A stretch of 38,385 nt of DNA from a virus. Lineage: Duplodnaviria > Caudoviricetes. Below, piece by piece: positions 1 through 9,065 of the stretch. Both the position numbers and the translations under genes were made by a program. Each line of letters opens with the position of its first letter. The stretch's first letter is position 1. The stretch spans positions 1 through 38,385 of IMG/VR virus record IMGVR_UViG_3300033434_000395; one strand, 5' to 3'. The notes under the pieces are model-generated. The model saw only the letters and a list, made by a program, of their open reading frames with translations, searched no databases and had not been told where the DNA came from.

Positions 1-322
1 TCAGCCATGCGGCGGCGCCGTTTCCTGCGCCAGCCATTCCAGATATTTCGGCAAACCGGCATTGATCGGCAGCGCGATGATTTCCGGCACCTCATAAGGA
101 TGCAGTTCGCCAACCACCGCCTCGACCGCCGCATAGCAGGCGCGCCGCGTCTTGATCAGCAAGCTGATTTCCTGCGCCTGCTCAACCTTCCCCTGCCAGC
201 GGTAGACCGACTGCACGCCCGGCAGAATGTTCACGCACGCCGCCAGTTGCCGGCCGACCAGCGCCTGCGCAATCTTTTGCGCCGTTTCTGTGTCCGGCAC
301 ATTGCTGATGATGATGAAAGGG
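1..322 (-). pseudogene. cutA: Host CutA divalent-cation tolerance protein, 5' end truncated by prophage insertion
   Basis: CutA motifs LAACVNILPGVQSVYRWQG and LHPYEVPEII. The frame continues upstream of the GTG at 300 as P-F-I-I-I-S-N (first beta-strand), then enters prophage-end sequence and meets a stop with no start codon. A shortened product from GTG 300 is possible. Confidence 0.8.
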
Positions 323-386
323 TGTGAGATAAATATACAGGAAGGTGCGAGATAAACGGGATGAACCGGGAAGGGGCGGGAAGAAT
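323..386 (+). repeat. Prophage left end with putative transposase-binding repeats
   Basis: TGTGAGATAAAT (323-334) and TGCGAGATAAAC (346-357), then 10-bp periodic CGGGATGAAC / CGGGAAGGGG / CGGGAAGAAT (357-386). Begins with the TG dinucleotide typical of Mu-family ends. Confidence 0.7.
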
Positions 387-465
387 TTGGACGGCCCCGC
401 TAAAAATCCTTTGCAGCGTCTGAAAATGGAATCGGCCCTCGAAAACGCGGCGAGACCGGTTCGAA

Positions 466-990
466 TTATATCCCGGCGCCGCGCCTCAAATGTTGCAATG
501 CCGCTTCCAGTACCGGCTCACTGGCTTCCGGCTGCAAGCTGCCGTCGGCCAGTACCGGAAGGAACGGGCGGGCCGGGATGTCTGAGCCGGGGTGATTGAC
601 CGATTTTGCAAATCGGCCGCCAAATGCCAGCACCTTCTTTTTCACAGGTCGAATCGTGTGCGCCTTCGTTTTGCCGCCGAACTGGTGAATGGCCGCATAC
701 ACCTTATTCGTACCAATTACCGCCTCGGTAGCTGATGCACTAGTTGTAATAGACGCCGCCAGTTGCCCGCTATCCTGCAGGATCATGCCACCCTTGCGCT
801 TCTCGGACGGATTTTTGAGCGCCTTCCACCCCGGTCTGCCCTGCGCTGCAAAATTTCGTTCCGTCTGATTTGCCAGCACCTGTGCAATATCCCGCATCGC
901 CGGTTTCATATTGCCAAGATTGAGCTGCATCTGGCGCAATGCCGCCTTCAAAGCAGAGTCAACAATCCGAATACCGACCAACTCACTCAT
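466..990 (-). CDS. Mu gpG-like virion morphogenesis protein
   Basis: Motifs ILQDSGQL, GTNKVYAAIHQFGG and IPARPFL. ATG 990 overlaps the gpF stop (ATGA). Confidence 0.9.
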   Translation of the reverse strand: MSELVGIRIVDSALKAALRQMQLNLGNMKPAMRDIAQVLANQTERNFAAQGRPGWKALKNPSEKRKGGMILQDSGQLAASITTSASATEAVIGTNKVYAAIHQFGGKTKAHTIRPVKKKVLAFGGRFAKSVNHPGSDIPARPFLPVLADGSLQPEASEPVLEAALQHLRRGAGI

Positions 991-1829
991 TGCAGCTCCC
1001 TCTTTGCCAATTCGGTCAGGTTGCCGGTATAGCGCGCCGTCTCCGGTTTCCACGCCGCGCCCGGATTGTGGCTCCAGCCCACATCCGGCGATACGATCAG
1101 CCGCCGCTTGCCGGATGGGTCATCAGGGTGCCTGGCCGAGTACGTTGCCACTTCGCGCAGCTCGCCGGTTTTTTTCGACACCAATTTTTGCGTACTGCCC
1201 AGCATGCCATCCGACCGCGACGGCTTGACGCGATCACGAGTCAAATCGCCGCCTGACAGTGTGGTCACGCGACAGCGGCAATTCCAGCCATTCGGTGGAT
1301 AAAACGACTGCCAGAATGGATCATCAAACCGAAATGCCAGACCATGCAGCGCACGATGCGCAGGCCGAGTGCGTCCATCCATCACGGCGATGTACTGCCA
1401 AAACGGTCGGTTATCGACGTTTTCTATCTGCTCGGCATAGCGCCCGGCCATGTACGCGGTTTGCGTGTTGGCCCGGTAAATGGTTTCCAGCCGCCACGGG
1501 CTTCCAAGCTGCACCTGTTCAAGCTCGCCGGTATCTGGGTTGCGCTGCTCTTGCTCGCCCCACCAGCCCTTGGCTTTCAATACGGGCGTCAATTCTTTCT
1601 CGAACCAGGCTGCCGTTTGCCCTTCGGTCAAGGCATGCTGCAATACGTCACGAATGTCTTGCAGGATATCCAGCTTGGCCACCTTGGCCACGGTAAACGC
1701 TTTCGCGTGCGCCTGTTGCCACAAATCTTCCCAATCCCAGGTGATCGCGTAGCCCTTGCCGGTCAGGTAAGCAATCGCCTCCTTCGGCGGCAGTTTCATG
1801 CAATACGCCAGGTCAACAGGTTCAGGCAT
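987..1829 (-). CDS. Mu gpF-like head morphogenesis (minor head) protein
   Basis: AFTVAK, RLETIYRAN, DGRTRPAH and YPPNGWNCRC motifs; follows the portal gene. Confidence 0.93.
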   Translation of the reverse strand: MPEPVDLAYCMKLPPKEAIAYLTGKGYAITWDWEDLWQQAHAKAFTVAKVAKLDILQDIRDVLQHALTEGQTAAWFEKELTPVLKAKGWWGEQEQRNPDTGELEQVQLGSPWRLETIYRANTQTAYMAGRYAEQIENVDNRPFWQYIAVMDGRTRPAHRALHGLAFRFDDPFWQSFYPPNGWNCRCRVTTLSGGDLTRDRVKPSRSDGMLGSTQKLVSKKTGELREVATYSARHPDDPSGKRRLIVSPDVGWSHNPGAAWKPETARYTGNLTELAKRELQ

Positions 1830-3300
1830 GCAACCGCCCCCACAAATCTGCCACGAATATCACGCGTGCCAACCGCTCCTGCAGCCCGTCGGCATCCATA
1901 CCTGGATACAGATCAGCCAATTCACCCAGCAATTCATCCGGTGGAACGCCTGCGGCCACCCGCTTGAAAAGCGGCGTCAACATCGTTTTGGCATCCTGGT
2001 TCAAATCTTCCAGCGAAAGTTCCTCCAGCGCTGCATCGAGCGCTTCCTGATCCGGGAAACCGTTTTCACTCTCTGCAAATTCAGCAGTTGAAGCAGTGGC
2101 AGCAGATTCAGCCACTTCAACCAGATCGCCATCCTGCAAGCCGTATGCCCGCCGGAAATAAGCCGGGGTAAATTGTGCACCGGAATCAGTCAACAGCTTG
2201 TCGCGCTTGGCCAGTACCTCATCGACTTCTTCCTGCTCCCACATCTGGAATTTCGGCAGTACGCCATCGCCAAAATTAAGATCGTGAATCCAGCCAATCA
2301 ATTCATTGAGCGTATCCTCCACCAGCAACTTATCCGCATCGCGAATATCGCGCGTAACCTGAAAACCTGCTTGCGCGCTGGCATTGGTACTGTTCGCCTC
2401 GCTGGTCTGGTTCTGGCCAAGCAGCGCGATGTTCACCTCAGAGCGGCAGAACATCAGCAGCCGTTCGAACACGCCCGCCGAGCCACCTTTACCTTGCGCC
2501 TCGACAATTTCCACGCTGGAATCATCCGGAATCACCGCCACCGCATCCTGCACCATATCCGCCAGCTGTTCCAGAAAGGCATCCGTTTCACTGGGCGGCG
2601 TATTACGCGGGTGCTTGCCGACCAGCCACGGCGAGCCATATTTCTCCGAAAACTGAACCCAGAATGTCAGCCCGCCTTTCTTGAAAGCGGTCGGCCAGAA
2701 GCACATCGACAAATCCGCAAAACCATACGGATTATCGTAACTGGCATCCTGCCGTGGCAACAGGAACTTGCGCTCCGGCAGCAGCTCGCCATCGATGGGC
2801 GATTGCCGCGTTTTCAGGCGCAGCTGGTTTTCAAGGTCGAAGTGGAACCACTCCGCAGGTTTGCCAATCAAATCCACTGGCACGATATAACCGCCAACCT
2901 TCCCCCAGACCACCTCAATCGGCTGATAGCCATACAGCGATGCATCCAGAATCTCGGAAATGATGCGGTTCATCGGCAGGCGAGCAAACACACTCTCAAT
3001 CAACGCCGCAGCTCTGCTTTTCGCCTTGCCTCGGTCAATGCCGTGCTCCAGCGCCAGCACAGCGCCCTTGCGACGGCGGATATTGCCGCCAACCTGCGGC
3101 TCGGTGCGCAGATCACGGTACACCTGAATATCCTTGCCCAGCTTTTTGAGCACCGGATCAGGGTTCGGCAGCAGCATGCTCCAGTCATTAAAATCAGGTC
3201 GGTTATTACGCGTGGCCAGCTGCACGCCAAGCTGGCGCCGGTTGCCGCCAAACTGGACGAATTCAGTCGGGCTGACGTAAATCCCGTTCTTGCTTGTCAT
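1822..3300 (-). CDS. Portal protein (Mu gp29 / DUF935-like)
   Basis: LPNPDPVLK and FSEKYGSP motifs; 492 aa; lies between terminase and gpF. Confidence 0.92.
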   Translation of the reverse strand: MTSKNGIYVSPTEFVQFGGNRRQLGVQLATRNNRPDFNDWSMLLPNPDPVLKKLGKDIQVYRDLRTEPQVGGNIRRRKGAVLALEHGIDRGKAKSRAAALIESVFARLPMNRIISEILDASLYGYQPIEVVWGKVGGYIVPVDLIGKPAEWFHFDLENQLRLKTRQSPIDGELLPERKFLLPRQDASYDNPYGFADLSMCFWPTAFKKGGLTFWVQFSEKYGSPWLVGKHPRNTPPSETDAFLEQLADMVQDAVAVIPDDSSVEIVEAQGKGGSAGVFERLLMFCRSEVNIALLGQNQTSEANSTNASAQAGFQVTRDIRDADKLLVEDTLNELIGWIHDLNFGDGVLPKFQMWEQEEVDEVLAKRDKLLTDSGAQFTPAYFRRAYGLQDGDLVEVAESAATASTAEFAESENGFPDQEALDAALEELSLEDLNQDAKTMLTPLFKRVAAGVPPDELLGELADLYPGMDADGLQERLARVIFVADLWGRLHA

Positions 3301-4820
3301 CGGTAGCCCTTGGTAAGTGATTGAGATTTGCGGCGACCGCGCGATTTAACTGTCACCGGCCCCTTGTTGATTTCTCGGCTGGCGAAATACGCCAGCGCCA
3401 CCGCCACCGCCGCATCGCCGTGGCGCTGCCCTTTATCGTCGCCGGTGGTGCGCGTCTCCGGCACACGCGGCACGCCCTTGACGATCTGCACAGCGCGTAA
3501 ATCTGCCAGCACGTCTGCATCCTTCGGCAAATCGACCAGCGTGCCATCTTCCAGCGCGGCCTTCACCGGCGGCATGTGTTCCCGATACCAGCTTTCTGTC
3601 AGCATCACTTGCTGAATGCGGGTGGCGCCGTAGCGCTGCATGGCAAACTCGGCCAGGAACTGACCATTGCCGCGCGCATCGAACGCACCGCCAGTAAAAC
3701 GCGGCAGGCGGTCGAGCAGGTAAAACGCCACCTGTTCCTGCTGGCGAAACGGCACATTGCGCAATTCAAGGATGAACGGCACCTTGCGCGTCAGGTTATG
3801 CAACTGAATCAGCGGCACATGCACGGTCAGATCGCCGCTGCGGCCGAAATCTTCGCCGTTGAATGAAATCGCATCCTCTGGCAATGCCGCCAGCAACGGT
3901 GCCAGATTTTCTTCCAGCCAGTCGCGGCACTCGGCAGCGCGAATATGATCCGGGAGCAGCTCGAACCCCTGTTTGCACTCCCAGCGCAGCACCGGCGTAT
4001 CCGCCGACATGCGTGATTCGATCAGCGCCCGCGACAACCAGGCACCACCGCCGTTGGACGGCACGCAATCCAACTCTTCCTCCGCGCCAGAACCATAGAA
4101 CGCATACACGCTGGCCATCCACGCCGCCTCATCCTCGGCGCACCAATCCTTGCCGAGACGCATGCAGACGCGGCGATACAGCCCATCGGCCACCGCTTCC
4201 TGGAACGCCACGCGATGCACTACACCGGCGCGCTTGCCTGCGCGAATATCTTCGACCAGCTCATTGAACGGGTTGTCCGAACCGTTGTGCGTCGAAATCA
4301 CCCGCACCTTGCCGCCCCAGATCAGCATCGCCAGCGCGGCCTTCAGCAGTTCGTCCAGCTTGTCATGGAAAGCCGCTTCATCGATCACGATCACGCCCTG
4401 CCTGCCGCGCAGGTTGGACGGCCGCGAACTCAGCGCAACAATACGAAAACCCGATGCCGGAAAGCGGATCGTGAAAGTCTTGATGTGCTTGTCTTCCTCA
4501 TCGCCATCCCAGAAACCTTCTTCGATTTCACCCGCTGCATAATTGAACACCCGCGCCCACATGCCGCATGCCTGGATGTATTCAATCGTCATATCCTGGT
4601 TGTAGGCGATGTAATACACGTTCTGGCCACCGGCATTTCGTGCCGAAGCCGCTGTCAGCACATCGTCCGCCGCCTCGCCCCATGTCAGGCCGGTGCGGCG
4701 GCTTTTTTCGATCACCTTCAATGGAGAAGCATCCGCCACCCAGCGCTGCTGATAGCCCATCAGCACGGCTGGTGCATCAACCGTGGCGGTATTCGGCAGA
4801 TTTGCCGGAACGGCTGTCAC
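3297..4820 (-). CDS. Terminase large subunit (Mu gp28-like)
   Basis: EKSRRTGLTW Walker A-like, IVIDEAAFH Walker B, GEDFGRSGD and HGDAA nuclease motifs. Confidence 0.95.
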   Translation of the reverse strand: MTAVPANLPNTATVDAPAVLMGYQQRWVADASPLKVIEKSRRTGLTWGEAADDVLTAASARNAGGQNVYYIAYNQDMTIEYIQACGMWARVFNYAAGEIEEGFWDGDEEDKHIKTFTIRFPASGFRIVALSSRPSNLRGRQGVIVIDEAAFHDKLDELLKAALAMLIWGGKVRVISTHNGSDNPFNELVEDIRAGKRAGVVHRVAFQEAVADGLYRRVCMRLGKDWCAEDEAAWMASVYAFYGSGAEEELDCVPSNGGGAWLSRALIESRMSADTPVLRWECKQGFELLPDHIRAAECRDWLEENLAPLLAALPEDAISFNGEDFGRSGDLTVHVPLIQLHNLTRKVPFILELRNVPFRQQEQVAFYLLDRLPRFTGGAFDARGNGQFLAEFAMQRYGATRIQQVMLTESWYREHMPPVKAALEDGTLVDLPKDADVLADLRAVQIVKGVPRVPETRTTGDDKGQRHGDAAVAVALAYFASREINKGPVTVKSRGRRKSQSLTKGYR

Positions 4821-5362
4821 TGCGCAATCCCCAAAATCTCGCGCCGCAACTGGCTGACCGACTCCGCCGACAGCCCGCCCTTTTTGGCGATTTTTTCGAC
4901 GTTTTCTGCTGCGGCTTGCGCACGTGCCTGCACCTCCTGCCGGAATTTCTTCTGGTTCACACTGGCGCGCGCCAGCGTTGCGATGTTCTTGGCGGCGCTC
5001 GAAAGCAGCCCTATGCGTTCTGCCGGGTCAATATCCTCTTCGGTGGCTTCCTGCAAATTCACGATGGATTCAAACATTTCGGTCTGCACCAGCGCAATCA
5101 CCGCTTCCGAGCGCGCATCCTGATCATCTGCCGCGCCTTCGGTCAATAGCCGTGCCGCTTCGGTGCTGGCCTTGATGGCGGCCAGCCGACGCTCAATTTT
5201 CTGGCCATAGCGGTGGATGGACGATTTGCTGATGGCAAACCCCTTGGCGCGCAGCGCTTCCTCCAGCGCCACATAATCACCAAAATTGGCATTCAACAGT
5301 GCCTTGTCCAGCCAGTCTCGGACTTCCGCCGGCAGTTGACCGACCTTGTTGCGCGGTGCCAT
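4817..5362 (-). CDS. Putative terminase small subunit (Mu gp27 / DUF3486-like)
   Basis: ISKSSIHRYG motif, C-terminal GGLSAESVSQLRREILGI, and position directly upstream of terL. Confidence 0.85.
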   Translation of the reverse strand: MAPRNKVGQLPAEVRDWLDKALLNANFGDYVALEEALRAKGFAISKSSIHRYGQKIERRLAAIKASTEAARLLTEGAADDQDARSEAVIALVQTEMFESIVNLQEATEEDIDPAERIGLLSSAAKNIATLARASVNQKKFRQEVQARAQAAAENVEKIAKKGGLSAESVSQLRREILGIAQ

Positions 5363-5363
5363 G

Positions 5364-5675
5364 TCAGCCCCAGTACTTCGCCGGGCGGGCAATGCCTGGA
5401 TCGCACGCGATGGTGTATTCGGCGATATCGACGCCGTATCGCGTCAAATCTGCCCACCAGCGGCCACTTGGTTCCTTGCGCAGCTTGACCAGTTCACGAT
5501 CGGCCAGATAATCCAGCTCCTTGCGCACCTCAATCGGCGTCACGTCGGGGTAGATGGATTGCATCGTCTGCTGAATCACATCCTCGACCAGTTCATTAGG
5601 GCGTGCATTGTTCAATGCCAAAATCAAATACCACCGCAGGCTTTCGCGTCGGATTTTCGCCGGGTCAATATTCAT
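5364..5675 (-). CDS. Mu gp26-like winged-helix protein
   Basis: RRESLRWYLIL, ELDYLADRELV, LTRYGVD and PGIARP motifs; position in the packaging block. Confidence 0.8.
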   Translation of the reverse strand: MNIDPAKIRRESLRWYLILALNNARPNELVEDVIQQTMQSIYPDVTPIEVRKELDYLADRELVKLRKEPSGRWWADLTRYGVDIAEYTIACDPGIARPAKYWG

Positions 5676-5989
5676 TTTTGGCCTTTCAGCTGGAGGGTTT
5701 CAATTTTTATCGCCAGCGCATCAAGCTTCGCTTCAATCACCGTCTGATTGCGCACGAAATCTTCGCGGCGCACGTATTGCAGTGGCAGCGCGGCCTGGAA
5801 TTTCAGAAAATCCCGCTCCAGCCCAGACCAGCCCTGCAGTTCCTTTTCCATTACCTCGAAGCGCTCATTGAGCCGACGGTCAATCTGGGAGAGCAACATG
5901 CGCCCGGCGCCAAAAGCAAACCCTAAAAAGGCAAGCATCAGGCTGACCACCAGTGATATCAGCTGCCACAATTCAACCTGCACCGTCAT
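5672..5989 (-). CDS. Mu gp25-position membrane-anchored coiled-coil protein
   Basis: N-terminal TM helix then LPLQYVRREDF coiled coil; start and stop overlap its neighbours. Confidence 0.7.
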   Translation of the reverse strand: MTVQVELWQLISLVVSLMLAFLGFAFGAGRMLLSQIDRRLNERFEVMEKELQGWSGLERDFLKFQAALPLQYVRREDFVRNQTVIEAKLDALAIKIETLQLKGQK

Positions 5990-6207
5990 TTGCGTAATCT
6001 CCTTTTTTGCTCAATTTCTGATTGACATCCAACGCACAAGCGCACGCCTGGCAATGCCACCCGGCGAGCGGCTGGTATTTCCTCCCCGCACTCTTCGCAA
6101 TGGCTCAATGACGAACCGCCCATGACGGCACGCTGCCGCTGCGCCGCCAATGCATTCGCGCGATCAAGTTCTTCGCGTTCGGTGGCTTTGTCTGAAATAT
6201 CCGTCAT
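5986..6207 (-). CDS. TraR/DksA family C4 zinc-finger protein
   Basis: N-terminal DISDKA (DxxDxA) and CEECGEEIP...RR...PGVRLCVGC. Confidence 0.9.
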   Translation of the reverse strand: MTDISDKATEREELDRANALAAQRQRAVMGGSSLSHCEECGEEIPAARRVALPGVRLCVGCQSEIEQKRRLRK

Positions 6208-6848
6208 GGGCTGCCTTTACCTTCATGCAGATCCAGTAGCCCATTGACCTGCGCTGCTAGCCCCTGGCACCGTTCGCCGTAATCGGCAACGTGGGCAAGG
6301 ATGTCCGCCTGGCTGATTCCGCTGTCGAGTAGCCCGGCGTCAGCGGTTGCGCCGGTTGCGGGCGTGTCGCCAGCGCCGCCGGCAGCGGCGGGCGTTTGGT
6401 TTCCGGGCACACCAATGGCGGCGTTGTAGAACTGCACGAAGCCAGCAGTGAACACAGCGCGAGGCAAGGCAACAGGCACAGCGCCAGGCGCTGGCTGGTA
6501 AACGGTCGTGACATCGTTGATTCTCCTGAGAAGTGATTTGCGCTCTGCCGCAAATTGCTGTTTTGCCGCCACCAGTGCGCGTTCTGCCTTGTTGCCGCGC
6601 TCGGTTTCGACCTGGTATTCGCGGCGTGCGGTGTCATGCGCCTGCGCCAGCGCAGTGGCGTGCCGGGTTTTGAGCGTTTCGACCTCGGCCTTGCCTTTTG
6701 AGTGGCCATAGTCATAGCCCAGCCAGGCACCACCTGCGCCGCCGATGATGGCGGCCATCACAGCGATGGCAATGGCATAAATGATGAGTTTTCCGGTAGA
6801 GAGCACACGCGCTGCGCCCCATGCAGTGGAAATGTCAGATAGATTCAT
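6204..6848 (-). CDS. i-spanin (Rz-like)
   Basis: N-terminal TM and Ala-rich coiled coil; follows the endolysin (ATGA overlap) and contains an embedded lipoprotein ORF. Confidence 0.8.
   Translation of the reverse strand: MNLSDISTAWGAARVLSTGKLIIYAIAIAVMAAIIGGAGGAWLGYDYGHSKGKAEVETLKTRHATALAQAHDTARREYQVETERGNKAERALVAAKQQFAAERKSLLRRINDVTTVYQPAPGAVPVALPRAVFTAGFVQFYNAAIGVPGNQTPAAAGGAGDTPATGATADAGLLDSGISQADILAHVADYGERCQGLAAQVNGLLDLHEGKGSP
6257..6514 (-). CDS. o-spanin (Rz1-like) lipoprotein embedded in Rz
   Basis: SD AGGAG before ATG 6514; signal peptide with lipobox LASC; Pro-rich mature part; alternate frame inside Rz. Confidence 0.8.
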   Translation of the reverse strand: MSRPFTSQRLALCLLPCLALCSLLASCSSTTPPLVCPETKRPPLPAALATRPQPAQPLTPGYSTAESARRTSLPTLPITANGARG

Positions 6849-7438
6849 GGCGCGACTCCGTCGCCCCACGACGCATACAGTGGTTGCAAATCCACCAGGA
6901 TGCGCTTGGGGTAGTTGAGGTTTTCCCGGCAATGGGATTTGTGCCGTTTGGCCGTGCCGCAAGCGGCGTCGACATCTTCACGCCGAGCCGATTTGGCGTT
7001 TTTGGCTTCTGCCAGCCAGTGGCCTAGACCACCGTTGTATGAGCGCAACGCGGCCCAGAAAAGCGCATATACGCCGTCAGTTCGTTCTGGCGGGATGTGT
7101 TGAATCAAATAGTCGTCGTAGCGGATAAGCGCGCGCATCGCCCATACCGGATTCGTTGCGCCGCCATCTGCCAAGCCAGGCAATGCCTGTTTTGCCCAGC
7201 GCTCGGTGGCTGGCATGAATTGCGCCATGCCGCGTGCGCCAACCCGGCTGATTGCGTCCGGATTCCACCGACTCTCCTGATGGATTTGCCCCGCGAACAC
7301 CGCAACAGGCGCATCAATACCCCACGCCTGCCTTGCCTCTCGTACCAGTGTGCTACGCCAGCGCAGCGCCTCGCGCGGAGTGTCAGCCGCCTGCGCCGCC
7401 AGCGGCAACAATGATAGTAGAAGCGCAAAAATGCGCAT
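6845..7438 (-). CDS. Endolysin, SLT-family lytic transglycosylase with N-terminal signal peptide
   Basis: QIHQESRWNPDA, GARGMAQFMPAT and YNGGLG motifs; MRIFALLLSLLPLAAQA signal sequence. Confidence 0.9.
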   Translation of the reverse strand: MRIFALLLSLLPLAAQAADTPREALRWRSTLVREARQAWGIDAPVAVFAGQIHQESRWNPDAISRVGARGMAQFMPATERWAKQALPGLADGGATNPVWAMRALIRYDDYLIQHIPPERTDGVYALFWAALRSYNGGLGHWLAEAKNAKSARREDVDAACGTAKRHKSHCRENLNYPKRILVDLQPLYASWGDGVAP

Positions 7439-7749
7439 CACGCCCCCAGCGCCACGCCGATCATGGCTGCGGAAATGATGAGGGCGCGGCGGATCATGGC
7501 AGATGCATAAAGCAGCTGTTGCGTATCCATCGTGAAACCGTCTGGCCGCGCATACGGAAACAGGCCGCGGTCGATCCAGTACGCCACCCAAGCCGCAGTC
7601 GTGATCAGGCTCAGCTTGTAGAGCGACACCGGCAGCAGCCGGGGCGCGGTAACCGCAATGGACGCAAGCAGCAAAACGCTGACGATGAGCCAAAGCGACA
7701 TGCGCGCACGTGCAGCACCGACGAGATTCGTGAAAAGGGATTTCAGCAT
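7438..7749 (-). CDS. Putative holin (3 TM)
   Basis: SD GGAGG; hydrophobic segments; LYKLSL, YWIDRGLFPYARP and RRALII motifs; directly upstream of the endolysin. Confidence 0.85.
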   Translation of the reverse strand: MLKSLFTNLVGAARARMSLWLIVSVLLLASIAVTAPRLLPVSLYKLSLITTAAWVAYWIDRGLFPYARPDGFTMDTQQLLYASAMIRRALIISAAMIGVALGA

Positions 7750-7958
7750 GAAGCCTCCTTGATGGGATTGATCGGGAAAAATTTGGATGGCAGCGCGCAC
7801 GACGAATTGGCATGAAAAAACCGCCAGCGCTCCAGATGAGCACAGACGAACCAGCCAAGGTCGGCCATCTTGTGGGTATTGGAATCAGCAGAGGGGGCAA
7901 GCTTGCGCACAAGGTGTACGCAGTTGCCGCAGGTGGGTTTGATCGTGGGCGCAGTCAT
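7743..7958 (-). CDS. Small Cys-rich (CxxC...C...C) protein, first gene of the lysis operon
   Basis: ATG lies 6 nt after the -10 box of a conserved late promoter; 3' end overlaps the holin start. Confidence 0.65.
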   Translation of the reverse strand: MTAPTIKPTCGNCVHLVRKLAPSADSNTHKMADLGWFVCAHLERWRFFHANSSCALPSKFFPINPIKEASC

Positions 7959-8010
7959 GCACCCACGTTACGCGCGCGTGATTGGCGCGTCTTTTAAATT
8001 GGATTAAAAC
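7959..8010 (-). promoter_or_regulatory. Late promoter 1 (lysis/packaging operon) with putative Mor-type activator box
   Basis: GTTTTAATCCAATTTAAAAGA-N19-TAACGT-N6-ATG; same architecture as three other sites. Confidence 0.8.
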
Positions 8011-8372
8011 TATTCAATGGGGAAAAGCGCGGACTGCCGCCGCGCGGTATCCTCCGCACGCATGGTTTTCACGATTTTGTAAATCCATTGCAGCGAAACA
8101 CCATATTTACGCGCAAGATCGCTATGGTTGTTGCCGTTGAAATCGTTCCAGATCGACACATCACGTGCAGACAATTTCATGGCCGTGCCGATCGGGAAAT
8201 ACACCAGCTGCCCGCCCCAGTGCGTTGCCATGCGGTTGGCCACTTCAAGGCCAACATGCTCGGCAAGCGGCTTGTCCAGCTCGATCAGTTCAACCAGCGC
8301 CACAGAAACTTTATCGGCCAGATCATTGAGCAGCTCCGGCCCCTTGCTGCGGCATCGATCACGTTCATTCAT
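8010..8372 (-). CDS. mor: Mor/C family transcriptional activator
   Basis: HWGGQLVYFP, RDVSIWNDFNG.N..DLARKYGVSLQWIYKIV motifs. Confidence 0.93.
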   Translation of the reverse strand: MNERDRCRSKGPELLNDLADKVSVALVELIELDKPLAEHVGLEVANRMATHWGGQLVYFPIGTAMKLSARDVSIWNDFNGNNHSDLARKYGVSLQWIYKIVKTMRAEDTARRQSALFPIE

Positions 8373-8790
8373 GCGCGCTCCTGTCGGTTCGTTCAGACCA
8401 TTTTTTCAGCATTTCGATGACTTCACTGGACTGCTTTGATGACAACCATTGCAATGCGGCCACGCCCGTCATGCGTTTGACGAACGCCGCCAGCGCCGCT
8501 TCGGAGGCATTGCGCACCGCTCCTTTCGCGTGCAGATCAAGCCACAGTGCGCGAATCTTCGATGATTGTTCATCATCCGCCAGCGCCCGCGTGCCGCCCT
8601 TGGAACGCACCTTGAACCCGCATCGTTTCAGGTGTTCCAAAACGCGTTCCAGCTCTGGAATCGTCAGATCGGCCGATGAGGTTTTGCCAGCAATCGTCAT
8701 CAGCGCGGCACGATAGCTGTCATCGGCCATGCCCAGATCGCGCCGGCCGACGTGGATCAGGCGAATCAGGCGCTGGCGTTTTTCATTCAC
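8365..8790 (-). CDS. gemA: GemA / Mu gp16 family protein
   Basis: LIHVGRRDLGM.DDSYR...GKTSS.DL...ELERVL..LK..GF and KIRALW motifs; GTG start overlaps the upstream stop. Confidence 0.9.
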   Translation of the reverse strand: MNEKRQRLIRLIHVGRRDLGMADDSYRAALMTIAGKTSSADLTIPELERVLEHLKRCGFKVRSKGGTRALADDEQSSKIRALWLDLHAKGAVRNASEAALAAFVKRMTGVAALQWLSSKQSSEVIEMLKKWSERTDRSAHE

Positions 8791-9065
8791 GCGGCATCCT
8801 TTCGCTGCATGCGTTGGAGCGCCACATCCAACGCTGCAGTCAAGTCTATCTCCGGCAGCCACCAGAAAACCGCATGCTGAACTGGCTCGCGCGTATTTTC
8901 ATTCCACCACTCGCCCTTTGAATTGCCCGCATAAATGTATGGCAACAACATAAAACCATCGTCATCCTCGCCTTCAGCGCATAGCGGCACGGCGATCAAG
9001 GCCGTGGTAATGCGGCCAGTGGGCTTTTCAGTATTTGGCCGCCAGCGCGCGGTGACGGTAATCAT
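8787..9065 (-). CDS. Hypothetical early protein
   Basis: 92-aa ORF with start/stop overlaps on both sides within the early operon. Confidence 0.7.
   Translation of the reverse strand: MITVTARWRPNTEKPTGRITTALIAVPLCAEGEDDDGFMLLPYIYAGNSKGEWWNENTREPVQHAVFWWLPEIDLTAALDVALQRMQRKDAA

Noticed and set aside
357-386. Short periodic repeats as a CRISPR array or iterons
   Set aside because: 10-bp degenerate units with no spacers or cas genes; better explained as transposase-binding sites.
6845-7912. 355-aa ORF as one long endolysin
   Set aside because: The upstream part overlaps the holin and the Cys-rich gene in other frames; ATG 7438 gives a clean signal peptide coupled to the holin stop.
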